This document shows, one piece after another, positions 1-9,178 of a stretch of 64,000 nt of DNA; the first letter of the stretch is position 1; each line of letters starts with the position of its first letter. The stretch is from Dehalococcoidia bacterium (GTDB lineage: Bacteria > Chloroflexota > Dehalococcoidia > UBA6926): the NCBI GenBank assembly GCA_963666115.2, contig CAXXET010000007.1, positions 128,001 through 192,000 of the forward strand. The letters are read 5' to 3'. The notes below the pieces were generated by a model. It searched no databases. It was not told where the DNA came from and saw only the letters and a program-made list of their open reading frames with translations. A program made the translations under genes and the position numbers.

Positions 1-1620
1 GTCCGCGTCTGGCTCGCGACAATCCTGACCACGTTCCCCGCCAACGCCAACATCGTCGGCGTCACCCAGGACGTGGCGGCGGGCCCCAAGCTCCAGTGGA
101 CGTTCCGCGAGGCGTACGCGCCGGGGCAGGACACCCTGACCGTCGGCCACCTGTGGGTCTGGACGGAGCGCAGCACGTGGAACCCCGTTTCCGGCTTCGG
201 TGACGTCTACAGCAGCGACGTGTGGCGCAACCTGGCCGATCCCGCCATGACGCGCCACCCCTTCACCGGCCTGCCCATCCCCATGCGCGCCGGTTACCAG
301 GTGGAGACGGCAGGCCCGGGCGGCAAGCTCTCCGTGCCGTCCACCGTCCAGCGTTGGGACGCGGACGCCGGGGAGTGGGCGAGCGTGGGCGATGGCGTGG
401 AGGCCACGTCCAAGGTCACTTTCGACTACAGCAAGTTCTTCCAGGCCCCCTGGCATCACGGCCAACAGATCACGATGGCTGACCTTGTCTATGACATCTA
501 CCAGACCTTTGACATGGTGTACGGGCCGGAGAAGTCCCAGGTCGAATTCGCCCTCGCAACAACCGCCAAGCCGCTGCTGGACACCGTCCGCGGCTTCCGC
601 GTGCTGGATGAGAACCGCATCGAGGTCTACGTCGATTACTGGCACTTCGTGGACGACTACATCGCGGAGTACGCCGTGCCCGGCGGCATGACCATGCCGT
701 GGGAGGTCCTCGCCGCGATGGACGACGTGGTATTCAACCAGCGCCGCGCCGCCTACAGCGACACCTCCGCCCAGCGGTTCGGCGTGCCGTGGCTCAGCCT
801 GGTGCAGGACCGTGACGCCCGCACCGTTGACCGCGCGCTTGGGCAATTCGAGCGCGACGGCTTTGTGCCCATGGCGGCGCTCACCATCGGAGGGCAGGCG
901 CTCGTCACGGAGCAGGAGGCCATGGAGCGCTACCGCGCCGCGCAGGCGTGGTTCGATGAGCAAGGCCTCATGGTCATCAGCAACGGGCCGTTCTACCTGG
1001 AGCGGTTCGATCCCCCCGCGCAGTTCGCCGAACTCAAGGCATTCCGCGATGAGAACTACCCCTTCAAGCCCGGCGATTGGCATTTCGGCGCGGCAGAGCC
1101 CATCAGCATTGAGACCGGAAGCCCCGGCAGCATCGTCATCGGCCAGGATTTCAGCGTCGGCTCAACGGTGAACGGCCCCGGTGAGCTGGGCGTCCGCTAC
1201 GTCTGGTCGGACCCCGCCACGGGCAACGTCGTCAAGAGCGGCGACGCGGAAATCGCGGAAAGCTTTCCCGTACAGGCCTTCGTCAACCTCTCCGCGTCGG
1301 AGACCGCCGCGCTCGTCCCCGGCCTCTACCGCCTCTCCATCACCGCCTACAGCGATCAACTCTCCACAGTCTCAGAACGCGTTTTGACGGTGGAGGCGTC
1401 CGCGACGGGCGATGGGACGGCGACGGGCGGAGCCCCGGACGACACCGCCACCACCACAAACCCCGATGATGCCACCGCCGACAGCGACGCCGACACCGGC
1501 GGCGGCTGCTTCGCAGGCGCCGCTACATCGGACCTGCTGCTGATCGGGGGACTTTTGCTGGGGCTGGTGGGGGTGCGTGTTAGGCGGAGGCAACTCGAAA
1601 ATGGAGAGGACGGTGAGTAG
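1..1620 (+). CDS. ABC transporter family-5 (peptide/oligosaccharide) substrate-binding protein, 5'-truncated, with C-terminal Thr/Asp linker, GGGC motif and TM anchor
   Basis: Frame open from base 1. Family-5 SBP-like motifs WHHGQQITMADLVY and ISNGPFYLERFDP. Ends DTGGGC-hydrophobic-RVRRR. Confidence 0.8.
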   Translation, partial: VRVWLATILTTFPANANIVGVTQDVAAGPKLQWTFREAYAPGQDTLTVGHLWVWTERSTWNPVSGFGDVYSSDVWRNLADPAMTRHPFTGLPIPMRAGYQVETAGPGGKLSVPSTVQRWDADAGEWASVGDGVEATSKVTFDYSKFFQAPWHHGQQITMADLVYDIYQTFDMVYGPEKSQVEFALATTAKPLLDTVRGFRVLDENRIEVYVDYWHFVDDYIAEYAVPGGMTMPWEVLAAMDDVVFNQRRAAYSDTSAQRFGVPWLSLVQDRDARTVDRALGQFERDGFVPMAALTIGGQALVTEQEAMERYRAAQAWFDEQGLMVISNGPFYLERFDPPAQFAELKAFRDENYPFKPGDWHFGAAEPISIETGSPGSIVIGQDFSVGSTVNGPGELGVRYVWSDPATGNVVKSGDAEIAESFPVQAFVNLSASETAALVPGLYRLSITAYSDQLSTVSERVLTVEASATGDGTATGGAPDDTATTTNPDDATADSDADTGGGCFAGAATSDLLLIGGLLLGLVGVRVRRRQLENGEDGE

Positions 1621-1623
1621 AGG

Positions 1624-2865
1624 ATGACGACACAGAATGGGCCGGATCTTGGCTGGGTGCCCTTCTACGAGGAGTTTGCCAACAGGCTCAGGAAAGATTA
1701 CGGGCACGATACCAGGCAAGGAGAGTTAGTCCAGGCGGTTCGGGAAGCGTTGGCAGCCGTGAAGAGCGACGCTAGCGTCAACGAAGGTGCCACTTGCCCG
1801 TTCAGCGTGATGGCGTCATTCAATCGAGGGGTTTCGACTAGCAACGAGACTAGGAAGAAGATCTCGATCGCATTGAGGCATTCCCTGAGCGTTGGAGCAG
1901 ATTCACCTTCCAAATTTGACGGCATCCCTGTCGTCAACAGTCAGCAATGGCGGTTTTTTCCGTATACAAGCGAACCGGAACCGGGTGACATCGAATCCCT
2001 GTGGAAGGTCTTTCGAGACGCACTAGCGCTTGATAAGAATCCTGATGACGACGGTGCGAAGGCGGCATTTGCAGATTCGTTCAATGTCGCGCTCGGGGTC
2101 AAGAACAACGGCTTAAAGAAATTGACCATGGGTCTCTTTTGGATTCGGCCAAACACCTTTGTCGCGCTCGATGAGCCTAACCTCCTGTACATGGAGCGGC
2201 ACTTCCCGCACCCATTGGTTGGTAAGGCCAACAAGGCCAGCCAGAGCGGCAATAAGAGGGGTTTTACCGGTGACAACTATCTTGAACTCAACGACTATAT
2301 TCTCCGCAACCTAGAAGAGGCGAAAGAAGCCGGTTCGCGCGTGGCCAGCATTCCGTCGTTGTCGCATGCCGCATGGGTAAGTCGCAATCGGGACTTCGTT
2401 CAAACCGCGGTCGCGCAACTCTTTGAAGACTTAAGCGAGTTTGACCCAGCGATTGTGGAGGATGAGCTAGAAAGAAAGCTTTCGTCAATCGTCCCTCGCC
2501 CAGGCCAGAATAAGTTTCGTGAAAAACTCCTGAAGGCATACGGAGAACACTGCGCTATCACGGGTTACGATGCGGAGAAAGCACTGCAGGCAGCCCACAT
2601 TCGTCCATACAAGGGACGCAAAACCGATCGTGTTGATAATGGGCTGCTATTGCGCGCGGACATACATAACCTATTTGACGCATATCTACTCGGTATAGAT
2701 CCGGATACGGGAGATGTCTGGATTAGCAATGAGCTAAAGGATACGAAATACGCTGAGTTGGAGGGCAAGAAGGCACAGGTGCCGGAGAAACCTGCGCACA
2801 GGCCGAAAGCAGATGCATTGAGAGAGCGCTGGGAAAAAGCGCGGGAACTGGGTAGGTTCAATTGA
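1624..2865 (+). CDS. HNH endonuclease with McrB-like N-terminal domain (putative type IV restriction enzyme)
   Basis: C-terminal RPGQNKFREKLLKAYGEHCAITG..LQAAHIRPY..NGLLLRADIHNLFD is an HNH_2 signature. N-terminal WVPFYEEFA..PFSVMASFNRG..FDGIPVVN..KLTMGLFWIRP resembles the N-terminus of McrB-like ATPases. Visibly lower GC. Confidence 0.8.
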   Translation: MTTQNGPDLGWVPFYEEFANRLRKDYGHDTRQGELVQAVREALAAVKSDASVNEGATCPFSVMASFNRGVSTSNETRKKISIALRHSLSVGADSPSKFDGIPVVNSQQWRFFPYTSEPEPGDIESLWKVFRDALALDKNPDDDGAKAAFADSFNVALGVKNNGLKKLTMGLFWIRPNTFVALDEPNLLYMERHFPHPLVGKANKASQSGNKRGFTGDNYLELNDYILRNLEEAKEAGSRVASIPSLSHAAWVSRNRDFVQTAVAQLFEDLSEFDPAIVEDELERKLSSIVPRPGQNKFREKLLKAYGEHCAITGYDAEKALQAAHIRPYKGRKTDRVDNGLLLRADIHNLFDAYLLGIDPDTGDVWISNELKDTKYAELEGKKAQVPEKPAHRPKADALRERWEKARELGRFN

Positions 2866-2880
2866 CGCCTGCCAACGCTT

Positions 2881-2909
2881 TAGATTCCTCGGCTGCGCTC
2901 ACAATGACA
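2881..2909 (-). repeat. REP-like repeat (GTCATTGTGAGCGCAGCCGAGGAATCTA variant)
   Basis: Reverse complement resembles the copies at 8087 and 24216. Confidence 0.7.
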
Positions 2910-2954
2910 GCAGAGCGGCAGTGGGCGCTATCGCAAACCGACTTAGGTTATTCC

Positions 2955-3251
2955 TTACGCCGTAGTCTGCGGCCGGTACCGCTCGACGTGTATCTGATCC
3001 TCGCCCTTGCGCGCTTGCGCCAGGTCATAGGAGGTCTGCCGGCGCAGCCAGAAGTCCGCGTTTGACCATCCGGCCTTCTCGAGACGAATGGCCATGTCGG
3101 GTGAAATCGCGGCATGGCCGTTCAACACCCGCGAAAGCGTGTGACGGGCGACACCCAGAACCCCCGCCGCCTCAGTGATACTCAGGCCAAGGGGCTCCAG
3201 ACAATTCTCCCTGATGCTGCGGCCAGGATGGGGCGGGTCCTTCATAGCCAT
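2955..3251 (-). CDS. higA: HigA family addiction-module antitoxin (XRE HTH)
   Basis: [75 protein letters not shown] is a classic HigA pattern. Start is at 3251 or 3245. Confidence 0.9.
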   Translation of the reverse strand: MAMKDPPHPGRSIRENCLEPLGLSITEAAGVLGVARHTLSRVLNGHAAISPDMAIRLEKAGWSNADFWLRRQTSYDLAQARKGEDQIHVERYRPQTTA

Positions 3252-4073
3252 CGAATTGTACCGTGTACCGATACGGCTATCAAAGGTCTCAATAGTGGCG
3301 ACTGGGCTAAGCCATACCGACCTGCCTCCGCTCACCCTGAGCCCGCCGAAAGATGCCCCCCATGTGACACCTCCATTTGACGCACCCCAAACACCTGTCC
3401 TAAAGTCACCCACATCGAGCCATCCCACGGCGGCCCGACACGCTAGCAACTGAGCCGCCACCATCCCCGGGAGCGCACAGGAGGGCGCCCCCTGCACGGG
3501 AAAAGAGAACGCATCGCTGCCAAGGTTCCTCAACATACCCGGCCAGGAAACCACGACGGGTTTGCTCGTGGCCACGGGCGATCAGTGACGGTGGGCTGAC
3601 GGGAGCGCGTAGCGGCCCAAAACATGCCATGACCCTGGCGGGCCGCCCTGCGCAACGTCCGACGCGGGTCAAGTGCCATCGGCATTTGCGTTAGGGGCAT
3701 GCCGTACATCCGTGAAGTGGCATCGCGGCTGTGCGAGGATGGACCGCCGCCGCTCACGTTAACCGCGTGTTGCGCGCGAGGGACGAACTTCCCGTCCGGC
3801 GACGTGATCGCCTGGCGGGAGGCGGACACGGCCAACGCCATCGAAAGGCCCGTGCCCACCCAACATGGGGCGAGGAACCTGCAGGCGCAGCAGACCCGCC
3901 CAGCGTCAGGCGTCCCCTGGCTGCGACCCAAGCGCGCCACCGGCCCGAACCGACGAACAGCCAGGAACCGGCAGCGATGCGTTCCCTCCAAGCCCCCCAA
4001 CTCGAACAACAAACCGAACCGCCAGAAAGGAGCCAACCGAGACCCTCTCCCCCGAACACGCTAAACTATACCG

Positions 4074-6275
4074 ATGATCGAGACTGCCCGAGCGGCAATT
4101 GGCGATGATCCTGCGGCGGCAGCACCCCCGCGCCCCGCGTTCGGTGAGCTTGAAACGCGCCTCAAGGCGCACCGGCTCCCGGCGGAGCGCATCGACGCCA
4201 TCCGTGAAGCGTTTCACACGGCTGAACGCGCCCACGAAGGCCAGCTCCGCAAGTCCGGCGACCCGTACATCTGCCACCCTCTTGAAACCGCCCTCATCCT
4301 GACCGGCATCGAAATGCTGGACGCGCCCACCCTGCAGGCGGCGCTCTTACATGACGTCGTCGAAGACTCCCCCATGACGCTCGACGAGATGCGCGAGGGC
4401 TTCGGCGCGGAGATCGCGGAACTTGTGGACGGCGTCACAAAGTTGTCTCGCCTCGCCGCGCAGCCCGCCAACGCCAGCGTCTACCAGGCCGAAAGCCTCC
4501 GCAAAATGCTCCTCGCCATGGCGCAGGATGTCCGCGTCGTCCTCATCAAGCTGGCCGACCGCCTCCACAACATGCGCACGCTGGACGCCCTCGCCCCTGA
4601 GCAGCGTCACCGCATCTCGCTGGAGACGCGCGACATCTACGCCCCCCTTGCCCACCGGCTCGGCATTGACAGCATCGAATCGGAACTCCATGATCTCGCA
4701 TTCTTCCACCTGGAACCCGCGCGGTATCGCCGCATCTCCTACCTCGTCGCCGCCCGCCTCACGGAGCGCGAAACGGGAGTCCGTGAGGCTCTGACGGCCT
4801 TGACGGAGTCCCTGGCTGAGCAGGGCTACAAGGACGTTGAGATTTCCGGCAGGACCAAGAGCATCTACAGCATCGCCCAGAAGATGGAGCGCTACCGCGA
4901 GATCGGGCGCGATTTCGAAGACATCAACGACCTGCAGGCCGTCCGCGTCGTCGTGAAGGACGTGCAGGACTGCTACGGCGTGCTCGGCATCATCCACGGC
5001 ATCTGGCGCCCCCTGCCCGGCCAGTTCGACGACTACATCGCCAACCCGCGCCAAACCGGCTATCAATCCCTCCACACAACCGTCGTCACGCCGGACGGCA
5101 ACACCCTGGAGGTGCAGATTCGCACGGCGGACATGCACCAGACGGCGGAATACGGCATCGCGGCGCACTGGCGCTACAAGGAGGGCGCGGCGGGCGGCGA
5201 GTTCGATGAGCGCATCGCGTGGCTGCGGCAGCTCCTTGATTGGCAGCGCGACGTGATCGGCGCGCAGGAATTCGTCGATCAACTGAAGCACGAGATACTC
5301 GTCGACCAGGTCTACGTCTACACGCCCAAGGGCGAGATTCGCGAACTGCCGGCCGGATCCACGCCCATCGACTTTGCGTTCCGCATCCACACGGACGTCG
5401 GCTACGGCACGGCGGGCGCGAAGGTCAACGGGCGGATGGTCTCGTTGAGCTACACGCTGAAGAACGGCGACACCATCGAGATCATCCCGTCCAAGAACGC
5501 CAAGGGGCCGAGCCTCGATTGGCTGAACCCGGACCTCGGCTACGTGCGAACGGAGTTGGCGCGTTCCAAGATTCGCCACTGGTTCCGCGTGCAGGAGCGT
5601 TCGGAGAGCGCCGCGCGCGGCCGCCAGATGCTGGAACGCGAGGCGCGCCGGCTCCACATGCAGCTTGACCCGCAGCACCTGGCGACCCTGTTCGGCTACC
5701 AGACGGCGGATGAGTTCATCCTGGCGCTCGGCACCGGGCAGGTCGGCGTCAACCAGATCGCCGCCCGCCTCGCGCCCCCAAAGGAAGAGCCGGAGACAAT
5801 CCAGATCCGCCCCTCCAGCGGCGAACTCGCCGTGAACGTGCCCGGGCTCGGCCCCACGCGCGCCCGCTCCGCGCCCTGCTGCCGCCCCATGCCGGGAGAG
5901 AAAATCCTCGGCTTCATCACGCGCAACCGCGGCGTCACCGTGCATCGGGCCGACTGCGACAACGTGCTCAACGAGGACGAGCCGGAGCGGTTGATGGACG
6001 TGAGCTGGCCGGATTTCGAGCAGAAATACCCCTCCACCGTCGTCATTTCGTCGCAGGACCGCGTTGGGCTTTTGCGCGACATCACGACGCTCGTGTCAGC
6101 CGATCACATCAACATCACGGGGGTGCGTGATAGACACGATGCGGATAGGACGGTTACGATAACTCTCACGGTTGAAGCCAGCGGACTGCCGCAGGTCAGC
6201 CGCATGATGTCCCGGCTGGAAGACCTGCCGGGCGTCTTCAACGTCTACCGGACATCGAGGAGCAGGAGAACGTGA
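4074..6275 (+). CDS. relA: RelA/SpoT (p)ppGpp synthetase/hydrolase
   Basis: RKSGDPYICHP, ALLHDVVED, KLADRLHNMRTL, GYQSLHTTV, EVQIRT, AAHWRYKE; TGS, zinc-finger and ACT domains. Confidence 0.97.
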   Translation: MIETARAAIGDDPAAAAPPRPAFGELETRLKAHRLPAERIDAIREAFHTAERAHEGQLRKSGDPYICHPLETALILTGIEMLDAPTLQAALLHDVVEDSPMTLDEMREGFGAEIAELVDGVTKLSRLAAQPANASVYQAESLRKMLLAMAQDVRVVLIKLADRLHNMRTLDALAPEQRHRISLETRDIYAPLAHRLGIDSIESELHDLAFFHLEPARYRRISYLVAARLTERETGVREALTALTESLAEQGYKDVEISGRTKSIYSIAQKMERYREIGRDFEDINDLQAVRVVVKDVQDCYGVLGIIHGIWRPLPGQFDDYIANPRQTGYQSLHTTVVTPDGNTLEVQIRTADMHQTAEYGIAAHWRYKEGAAGGEFDERIAWLRQLLDWQRDVIGAQEFVDQLKHEILVDQVYVYTPKGEIRELPAGSTPIDFAFRIHTDVGYGTAGAKVNGRMVSLSYTLKNGDTIEIIPSKNAKGPSLDWLNPDLGYVRTELARSKIRHWFRVQERSESAARGRQMLEREARRLHMQLDPQHLATLFGYQTADEFILALGTGQVGVNQIAARLAPPKEEPETIQIRPSSGELAVNVPGLGPTRARSAPCCRPMPGEKILGFITRNRGVTVHRADCDNVLNEDEPERLMDVSWPDFEQKYPSTVVISSQDRVGLLRDITTLVSADHINITGVRDRHDADRTVTITLTVEASGLPQVSRMMSRLEDLPGVFNVYRTSRSRRT

Positions 6276-6535
6276 CAAAGGGAATCTCGGCGGCCAAGGC
6301 GCATCGGCGCTCCCTCAGGAAGCGCGACGTCAACCGCCACCGGAATCGAACAATCAGGACACTCATCCGCAACGCGCGCGAGGACATCGAGGACGGGGTG
6401 GAGGAGGCGCCGGATACCGTGCGCCGCGCCATGGCCGCCCTCGACCGCGCGAAGGGCAAGACGCTGCACGGCAGGAACGTCGATCGGCGCAAGAGCCGCC
6501 TCGCCCGCCTCCTGAACAAGACCCAGGCCGCCTGA
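6272..6535 (+). CDS. rpsT: 30S ribosomal protein S20
   Basis: 87-aa basic protein, SAAKAHRRS..ALDRA..LHGRNVDRRKSRLARLLN. GTG start overlaps the relA stop. Confidence 0.85.
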   Translation: MTKGISAAKAHRRSLRKRDVNRHRNRTIRTLIRNAREDIEDGVEEAPDTVRRAMAALDRAKGKTLHGRNVDRRKSRLARLLNKTQAA

Positions 6536-6612
6536 TCTCCCCGCCGCGCCGATATGGCTGACATGACGATACACACCGACGGGACTCCCCGGTTATGTGA
6601 ACAGGATCACGT

Positions 6613-6699
6613 GCCGGGGTGGCGGAACGGTAGACGCGGCGGACTTAAAATCCGCTTCCCCAAAAAGGAGTGGGGGTTCGAGTCCCTCCCCCGGCACCA
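6613..6699 (+). tRNA. tRNA-Leu (anticodon TAA)
   Basis: GCCGGGG acceptor stem, CT-TAA-AA anticodon loop, long variable arm, GGTTCGAGTCC T-arm, encoded CCA. Confidence 0.97.
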
Positions 6700-6749
6700 C
6701 TCACGCAAATCCCCTGAATTGACCTAAAGGCAATCACCCACGACGAAAA

Positions 6750-7481
6750 ATGTCCAGAGACACGGTACGCATCCTCCACACGTCGGACGTGCACATCGGC
6801 GCGTTCACGGAGCGCTGGTCGCCCCAGCCCCGCAAGTGCCTCCACGCCTTCAAAATCGTCGTGGACCGCGCGCTTGAGGAAAAGGTGGACGCCGTCCTCA
6901 TTGCCGGCGATTTCTTCGACCACAACCGCATTCGGGCGGATGTGGCGGACTACGTGATGGAGCAGCTTGAACGCCTGCCGATGCCGACGGTCATCCTGCC
7001 CGGCAACCACGACCCGCTCGAACAGAACTCCGTCTACTGGCGGATGGACCTGGAGGGCCGCACGCCCAACGTCTACCTGATCAAGGACCCGGAGGGCGAG
7101 ACGGTGACGTACCCGGAGCTTGGCATCGCCGTGTGGGGCAAGCCGCACATCAGCTACGACGACGTGGACCTCTGCCCCCTCAAGGAGCCGCCGCCCCCCG
7201 GGCCGGAGCCCTGGCAGATCGCCATGTGCCACGGCCACTACGTGCGCGACGCGGCGGACGCGGGGCGCTCCTACCCCATCTTCCCTGCGGAGATCGCCAA
7301 CTGCGGGCGCGATTACGTCGCGCTCGGCCACTGGGACGCCCACATGGACATCAGCGAGGGCGACGTGGTGGCCTACTACCCCGGCTCCCCCACGTGGGTG
7401 GGCCTCTCCTCCATCGTCGAGTTCTCAGACCCAAACGGCGCCCGCTCAGTAACAGTAACCTCCTTCCCCGTCTCCCCCTAA
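6750..7481 (+). CDS. Metallophosphoesterase, SbcD/Mre11-like
   Basis: LHTSDVHIG, IAGDFFD, PGNHD, CHG, ALGHW and YPGSP motifs. Confidence 0.88.
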   Translation: MSRDTVRILHTSDVHIGAFTERWSPQPRKCLHAFKIVVDRALEEKVDAVLIAGDFFDHNRIRADVADYVMEQLERLPMPTVILPGNHDPLEQNSVYWRMDLEGRTPNVYLIKDPEGETVTYPELGIAVWGKPHISYDDVDLCPLKEPPPPGPEPWQIAMCHGHYVRDAADAGRSYPIFPAEIANCGRDYVALGHWDAHMDISEGDVVAYYPGSPTWVGLSSIVEFSDPNGARSVTVTSFPVSP

Positions 7482-7563
7482 TGTGACACGACCATTTGCC
7501 CCAAGCCCCCCATCCGCGTTACAACCCCATCAGACGACCAATCAACTGATGGGAGGAACTGCC

Positions 7564-8019
7564 ATGACCACGACGAATGAGCATGAGACGACCGCCGCAG
7601 AAGAGCGCGAACAGCCCACAGACCCCGAACAGCCAACCGTTGAGGAACTCAAATCCGAGTTGGCCGCCCGTGATGAGCGCGTCGCCGCCCTCGAAGAACA
7701 AGTAATCACGCTCGAACGCGAGCTCTCAACGACAGTCTCCCGCTACCGCCTCGCCCTCCTGGACGCCGCCCCGGAAATCCCCGGCGACCTGGTCAGCGGC
7801 AGCTCCGCCGAAGAACTCGAAACCTCCCTGGCAAAAGCAAAGGAAGTAGTAGACCAAGTCCGAACCCGCCTCCTAGAAGGCATGGAGTCCGCGAACGAGA
7901 ACACGGAGCAGCAGTCCGCTCACGGCATCCCCGCAGGCGCGCCGCCGCGAGCCCTCAACGACGCCTCAACAGACCTCACAACCAGGGACAAAATCGCCCT
8001 CGGCCTGGAAAGGCTCTAG
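7564..8019 (+). CDS. Coiled-coil protein resembling a phage capsid scaffolding protein
   Basis: GGAGG RBS before ATG 7564. Acidic N-terminus, coiled coil, PGDLVSGSSAEELETS..AK motif, C-terminal IPAGAPPR..LTTRDKIALGL. Confidence 0.55.
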   Translation: MTTTNEHETTAAEEREQPTDPEQPTVEELKSELAARDERVAALEEQVITLERELSTTVSRYRLALLDAAPEIPGDLVSGSSAEELETSLAKAKEVVDQVRTRLLEGMESANENTEQQSAHGIPAGAPPRALNDASTDLTTRDKIALGLERL

Positions 8020-8034
8020 GGGAGGCGCCTCCCC

Positions 8035-8195
8035 TCATTCCGGCGAAAGCCGGAATCCATCGGATTTGTCATTCTGAGCGCCCTTGGTGTCATTCTGAGC
8101 GCAGCGAAGAATCCAAAGCCCCAATTACCCATGCCGTTCACCCTGAGCGCAGTCGAAGGGCGCCCCTCCGTTTTTCCCGCGAAAACGGGAATCCA
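8035..8195. repeat. Cluster of short palindromic REP-like repeats of three types
   Basis: TCATTCCGGCGAAAGCCGGAATCCA; GTCATTCTGAGCGC twice (one extended by AGCGAAGAATCC); GTTCACCCTGAGCGCAGTCGAAGGG; TTCCCGCGAAAACGGGAATCCA. Confidence 0.85.
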
Positions 8196-8240
8196 TCGGG
8201 CCGCAGCTCTCCGGCCGCAATAACCGCGTGGGCGCTTGAG

Positions 8241-8268
8241 TTGACTTCTCTTAGCATTACAGTATTAT
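8241..8268 (+). promoter_or_regulatory. Putative sigma70 promoter
   Basis: TTGACT-16 nt-TATTAT in an AT-rich patch upstream of 8301, overlapped by an imperfect inverted repeat CATTAC..GCAATG. Confidence 0.5.
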
Positions 8269-8300
8269 AGCAATGTAGTAAGCAGGGCCATGGAGGGAAA

Positions 8301-8879
8301 ATGCCGCAGATTCTATTGACCGACGAAACATGGGCGAGGCTAAAGGGCCGAGCCGAGCCGTTTGAAGACACTCCTGACGATGTCGTACGGCGGCTACTGG
8401 ATGCGACGGACAACCAAGACCTGCCTGACGGCAAGGACGGATATGCAACAGGTAAAGTTCAGTCTCTGGACACACCTTTGCCTAGTGTTGTTACAGCTGG
8501 CCACCACTCAAACACACCCTCGATCACCGGTGCCCCTGCGCCTCAGAAACGCCGTCACTCTCGGCTGGGGCACGGGCTCAAAGTGCCCCAAGGTGATTTT
8601 CGTAATCCCATCCTTATGGTACTCCAAGAGATGGAGGGGCGCGGTCATGCCCGAGAAGTGCTGAAGGCCGTGGAGCGCAGGATGAGTAACCGACTTTCGC
8701 ATGTCGATTATCAGATCCTCCCCAGTGGGCAGCAGAAGCGCTGGGAGAAGTCCGCTAACTGGGAGCGCCAGCAGATGGTCAATGATGGCCTGCTACGAAA
8801 CGATTCACAGAGGGGCGTCTGGGAGTTGACCGAAGCCGGCTGGGCAGAGGCCCGCAAGATCAAGGGCGCAGGGGAATGA
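8301..8879 (+). CDS. RHH/SeqA-N-like domain fused to an Mrr N-terminal winged-helix domain
   Basis: N-terminal DETWARLKGRAEPFEDTPDDVVRRLL. C-terminal PILMVLQEMEG..LPSGQQKRWEKSANWERQQMVNDGLL..RGVWELTEAG. Confidence 0.75.
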   Translation: MPQILLTDETWARLKGRAEPFEDTPDDVVRRLLDATDNQDLPDGKDGYATGKVQSLDTPLPSVVTAGHHSNTPSITGAPAPQKRRHSRLGHGLKVPQGDFRNPILMVLQEMEGRGHAREVLKAVERRMSNRLSHVDYQILPSGQQKRWEKSANWERQQMVNDGLLRNDSQRGVWELTEAGWAEARKIKGAGE

Positions 8880-9067
8880 TGTACTCATCGCACAGATACG
8901 GACAATGCATGACCAAGAGTTATCGGACTATCTGCCGCTATTGCCGTAAGCCCGTAGTGTACTGGGAGTGTTTCCACGGCTCCAGGGTGTTCTTCGACCC
9001 GTCCGACCGTGGCGAAGGCAAGCATTCCTGCAATCAATACTACGTCAGTCGACGATGGCGATGGTGA
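8876..9067 (+). CDS. Small putative zinc-binding protein
   Basis: ATGA overlap with the upstream gene. CRYC..WECFHGSRVFFD..HSC. Confidence 0.5.
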   Translation: MMYSSHRYGQCMTKSYRTICRYCRKPVVYWECFHGSRVFFDPSDRGEGKHSCNQYYVSRRWRW

Positions 9068-9100
9068 TGCTTACGTATACGACCCTTATCCAGACAGGGC

Positions 9101-9124
9101 CAGATTCCCGCTTTCGCGGGAATG
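9101..9124 (-). repeat. ATTCCC-N8-GGGAAT palindromic repeat
   Basis: CAGATTCCCGCTTTCGCGGGAATG; its core is the reverse complement of the copy at 25478. Confidence 0.85.
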
Positions 9125-9178
9125 CGAGCGAGGAGCGCGACAGCTGCGCCTCATCCCGTCCTGTACAATAAAACCATC

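Noticed and set aside
4347-5945. 532-aa antisense ORF, and similar long ORFs at 39714-41315, 59002-60444 and 23060-24304
   Set aside because: Shadow ORFs opposite well-supported genes in high-GC DNA, with no recognisable motifs.
6596-6611. CRP-like site TGTGA-N6-TCACG
   Set aside because: Lies immediately before the mature tRNA 5' end; a single match that could be chance.
8035-8195. Possible CRISPR array
   Set aside because: Units differ in sequence, spacing is irregular and no cas genes are present; better explained as REP-like repeats.
9065-9067. TGA ending the small Cys-rich ORF as Sec
   Set aside because: Readthrough runs into a REP-like repeat, and there is no UxxC context.
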